A stretch of DNA of 59,064 nt, counting the filler. It is 3 parts of 3 records of this genome, joined end to end, with 100 filler letters (N's around TTAATTAATTAA, not from the genome) between each part and the next. Parts side by side here need not be neighbours in the genome. Positions count along the whole stretch, not along the records: positions 45,062 to 59,064 come from DRR723986_7703; 2 more parts are not named here. One strand, written 5' to 3'. The translations under genes were made by a program, and so were the position numbers. Below, piece after piece: positions 55,780 through 59,064 of this stretch. The notes under the pieces were generated by a model. The model saw only the letters and a list, made by a program, of their open reading frames with translations, was not told the origin of the DNA and did no database searches. Position 1 is the first letter of the stretch; every line of letters begins with the position of its first letter.

Positions 55780-56121
55780 TTAATCCTTTGTTTGGTCTTT
55801 TTGAAACGCGGTGTGGAACCGCGCGGCATAGGTTTCATCGTCGGCAAGCGGTTCGATATCGGTATCGGCGCTTGTCGTAAAAAATCCAAATCCCTTGCGG
55901 GTCCAGTTGGTTTGCCCCCGTTCAAGGCTTTCGTTGCGGCGCGTGGCGCTTGAGACGATGCGCATGTCCAGCGCTTCCATACCCAGCGGTGTCTTTTCCT
56001 CGGCGCGGCGGGCCGGTTGGCGGCTCGACAAGGGGCGGTAGGTGCCTTTTTGGGCGCGGTACTGGCCATAGCTGATCACGGCGACAACGGCCACGATGGT
56101 CCCTATGATCCAGACCCACAT
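55780..56121 (-). CDS. Hypothetical single-pass membrane protein
   Basis: N-terminal TM helix; packed between bolA and grxD with 4-nt gaps. Confidence 0.6.
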   Translation of the reverse strand: MWVWIIGTIVAVVAVISYGQYRAQKGTYRPLSSRQPARRAEEKTPLGMEALDMRIVSSATRRNESLERGQTNWTRKGFGFFTTSADTDIEPLADDETYAARFHTAFQKDQTKD

Positions 56122-56125
56122 CGGA

Positions 56126-56362
56126 TCAATCCGGCGCTTTGGTGGTCAGGGCCAGCGCATGCAGATCGCCGTTTGGCCCGTCCATCTTGCCCTTGAGGGC
56201 GGCATAGACCGCACGTTGTTGTTGCACCCGGTTCATGCCCTTGAATGAGGCATCGACCACCATTGCGGCCATATGCACGCCGTCATTGCCTTCGACGGTG
56301 ATCTGCGCATCGGGAAAGGCGGCGCGGATCAGGTCTTCGATTTCGCTGGCTTGCATGGGCAT
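56126..56362 (-). CDS. bolA: BolA/IbaG family protein
   Basis: I...FPDA, F.G..RVQQQRAVY.AL and LHALAL.T; near grxD. Confidence 0.92.
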   Translation of the reverse strand: MPMQASEIEDLIRAAFPDAQITVEGNDGVHMAAMVVDASFKGMNRVQQQRAVYAALKGKMDGPNGDLHALALTTKAPD

Positions 56363-56530
56363 GTGGTGGCTCCGGTCTTGGGGTTTTGGCTTGTGACAGA
56401 TGTAGTCGCGTGGCGGCCCCGGTGCAAGCGATCCACGTGGAATTGATTGGTGATATTGGCGCATGCACCAAGATGCGGTTTCCCACCGCCGCGTTAACCG
56501 TTAGCGTGGCAGGAGCACAAAGGAGACCCC

Positions 56531-57499
56531 ATGCAAAACCGAGAGACAGCACCCGAACAGGCGCTCCGCTGGGTGCAGGCGGGCGAGGGGGCCGCGCTGG
56601 CCACGGTGATCGAAACATGGGGATCGGCTCCGCGCCGGGTGGGTGCGCAACTGGTCGTCTCGGGCACTGGCGCGATGGAGGGGTCGGTGTCCGGCGGCTG
56701 TGTCGAAGGCGCGGTGGTGATCGAGGCGTTGGACGCCTTGCAGGACGGTGAAAGCCGCCTGTTGGAATACGGGGTCAGTGACGGCGACGCTTTTGCCGTT
56801 GGTCTGGCCTGCGGCGGCACGATCCGGGTGCTGGTCGAACCCATCGGGGCAGGCGGAATGCCGGTAGACATGCTGGCCGATCTGGTTGCAGCCCGCGCGG
56901 CCCGCAGGCCGTTGGCCTATGAGGTCGCTTTGGACGGAAGCACCCGCAGTCTTGTGACGCAAGGCCATGCAGACCGCTTTCGCGCAGACCGATCCGGCCT
57001 GTCGGATGATGGCAAGACCTTTGTCGCGATTCACAATCCGCCCCTGCGGATGGCCATCGTTGGGGGCGTGCACATCGCGCAGTATCTTGAAGGCATGGCG
57101 CGGGCGGTTGGCTTTGACACCTACATCATCGACCCGCGTGAGGCCTTCGGATCAGAGGCACGGTTTCCCGGCGCACAGGTGATCAACGACTGGCCCGACG
57201 ATGCGCTGCGCGATCTTGGGGTGGATGCACGCACCGCGCTGGTTCTATTGACCCATGATCCCAAACTGGATGATCCGGCGATCGGGTTGGCCTTGGCCGC
57301 TGGCCCGTTCTACATTGGTGCCTTGGGCAGCAGCCGCACCCACGCCGCGCGGCGGGCACGGCTGGAAGAGGCGGGTTTCCAGCCCGCGCAAATAGACATG
57401 ATCCACGGCCCGGTTGGCCTTGACATCGGCGCCTCGGGACCGGCGGAAATTGCCGTTTCGATCATGGCCGAAGTGATCCAGACCCTGAGGCAGGCATGA
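56531..57499 (+). CDS. xdhC: XdhC/CoxI family molybdoenzyme maturation factor
   Basis: TWGSAPR..G, GSVSGGCVE, GLACGG, THDPKLDD, YIGALGS and PVGLDIG. Confidence 0.93.
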   Translation: MQNRETAPEQALRWVQAGEGAALATVIETWGSAPRRVGAQLVVSGTGAMEGSVSGGCVEGAVVIEALDALQDGESRLLEYGVSDGDAFAVGLACGGTIRVLVEPIGAGGMPVDMLADLVAARAARRPLAYEVALDGSTRSLVTQGHADRFRADRSGLSDDGKTFVAIHNPPLRMAIVGGVHIAQYLEGMARAVGFDTYIIDPREAFGSEARFPGAQVINDWPDDALRDLGVDARTALVLLTHDPKLDDPAIGLALAAGPFYIGALGSSRTHAARRARLEEAGFQPAQIDMIHGPVGLDIGASGPAEIAVSIMAEVIQTLRQA

Positions 57500-58485
57500 A
57501 GTTTGGCCCGGTTCCCTTAAGCGCGGCTCAAGGCGCGGTGTTGGCTCATTCGGTCGCGGTGGATGGAGGCCGCTTGCGCAAGGGGCGCGTGATTTCGCAA
57601 GCGGATGTGGCGGCGATGCAGGCGGCGGGGTTGAAAGAGGTCATCGTCGCAACGCTGGACACCGATGATGTGGCCGAAGACAGCGCGGCAGGGGCGCTGG
57701 CCGCCGCGATCCTTGGCCAAGCGGACGGTCTGTCAGCAACGCGGCCTTTCACAGGGCGGGTTAACCTGATTGCCGATGGGCCGGGGGTGGCTGTGCTGGA
57801 CGTGGCCGCGCTTGAGGCTATCAACGCGGTGCATCCGATGATCACTATCGCCACTGTCCCGCCGTGGCAGCAGATGGCCAAAGGCGGCATGGTCGCCACG
57901 ATCAAGATGATCTCCTACGCGGTGCCACAAAAGGCGCTGAATGCGGCTGTGACGGCGGCGGGGGCAGGGGCGATTAGGCTGGCGCAGCCGCAGATCAAAA
58001 CCGCAAGCCTGATCATCACCGAAATCCCCGGCGGGGTCGGCGACAAGGGGCGTACCGCCATTGCCGGACGGCTGGAGGCACTGCGGGTGGATCTGATCGA
58101 AACGGTGATGACCGCACATCAAACTGTGCCGCTGGCCGAAGCCATCGCGCAGGCCCAAAGCGATCTGGTGCTGATCCTCACCGGGTCGGCGACCTCGGAT
58201 ATTGATGATGTTGCCCCTGCGGCCCTTCGCCGCGCCGGGGGGCAGATCACCCGTTTTGGCATGCCGGTTGATCCGGGCAATCTGTTGTTCCTGGGCGATC
58301 TTGCGGGCCGTCCGGTGATCGGCCTGCCGGGCTGCGCCCGCGCGCCGGCGCTGAACGGTGCCGATTGGGTTTTGTCTCGTGTGGCCTGCGGGATCGCGGT
58401 GTCCTCGGCAGATATCGCTGGTATGGGCGTTGGTGGTTTGCTGAAAGAAATCCCGACACGGCCAATGCCGCGAAGGGGAAGCTGA
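57496..58485 (+). CDS. Molybdopterin-binding (MoeA/MoCF_biosynth-like) protein
   Basis: MKFG......A.G..LAHS, GRVNL, GMPVDPGNLL, GLPGCAR.P..NG.D and GVGGLLKEIP.RP. Confidence 0.85.
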   Translation: MKFGPVPLSAAQGAVLAHSVAVDGGRLRKGRVISQADVAAMQAAGLKEVIVATLDTDDVAEDSAAGALAAAILGQADGLSATRPFTGRVNLIADGPGVAVLDVAALEAINAVHPMITIATVPPWQQMAKGGMVATIKMISYAVPQKALNAAVTAAGAGAIRLAQPQIKTASLIITEIPGGVGDKGRTAIAGRLEALRVDLIETVMTAHQTVPLAEAIAQAQSDLVLILTGSATSDIDDVAPAALRRAGGQITRFGMPVDPGNLLFLGDLAGRPVIGLPGCARAPALNGADWVLSRVACGIAVSSADIAGMGVGGLLKEIPTRPMPRRGS

Positions 58486-58626
58486 CCCTACGTCATACCT
58501 TACGTCATATTGCCGGGGAGGCGCTGCATCATCCTGCCACGCCCCAAAAATGCTGAGGTTTTCTATTCTCATACGCGCTTTGCCGTGCTTAACTCCCTTC
58601 AAACAAGAACCAAAAGGGAGGAAGAC

Positions 58627-59064
<438 letters not shown>

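Overview
The window is not one locus. It is three unrelated contigs joined by 100-nt artificial spacers (N44-TTAATTAATTAA-N44 at 23601-23700 and 44962-45061). Contig A (1-23600) is a moderate-GC alphaproteobacterial housekeeping region: der, bamB-like, yfgM-like, panB, guaA, aspS, rnd, ppx, ppk, hda-like, purM and purN, with a small accessory block next to guaA. Contig B (23701-44961) looks like Bacteroidota (Cytophagales/Cyclobacteriaceae-like): S41 protease, ric-like, ruvX, def, amidase, monomeric icd, gap, M1 aminopeptidase, a PAS/GAF sensor and the 3' half of a tRNA. Contig C (45062-59064) is high-GC and Roseobacter-like: mmsA, LysR, coaD, two gap paralogs, tkt, zapA, grxD, bolA, xdhC and coxS. 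Lineages and family names come from motif recognition; no searches were run. The best candidate for an undescribed system is the cassette at about 31340-37177 in contig B. It has a LytTR regulator and a beta-propeller LytS-type kinase, then an AgrA-box-like direct repeat, then an AT-rich, translationally coupled run of a 48-aa cationic amphipathic peptide, a lipoprotein/membrane protein and a membrane-anchored HNH-like protein, followed by a soluble paralog of that HNH-like domain. Also notable are a bacterial Popeye-domain-like protein, an unannotated 47-aa membrane protein between the gap paralogs, and CceR-like operators.
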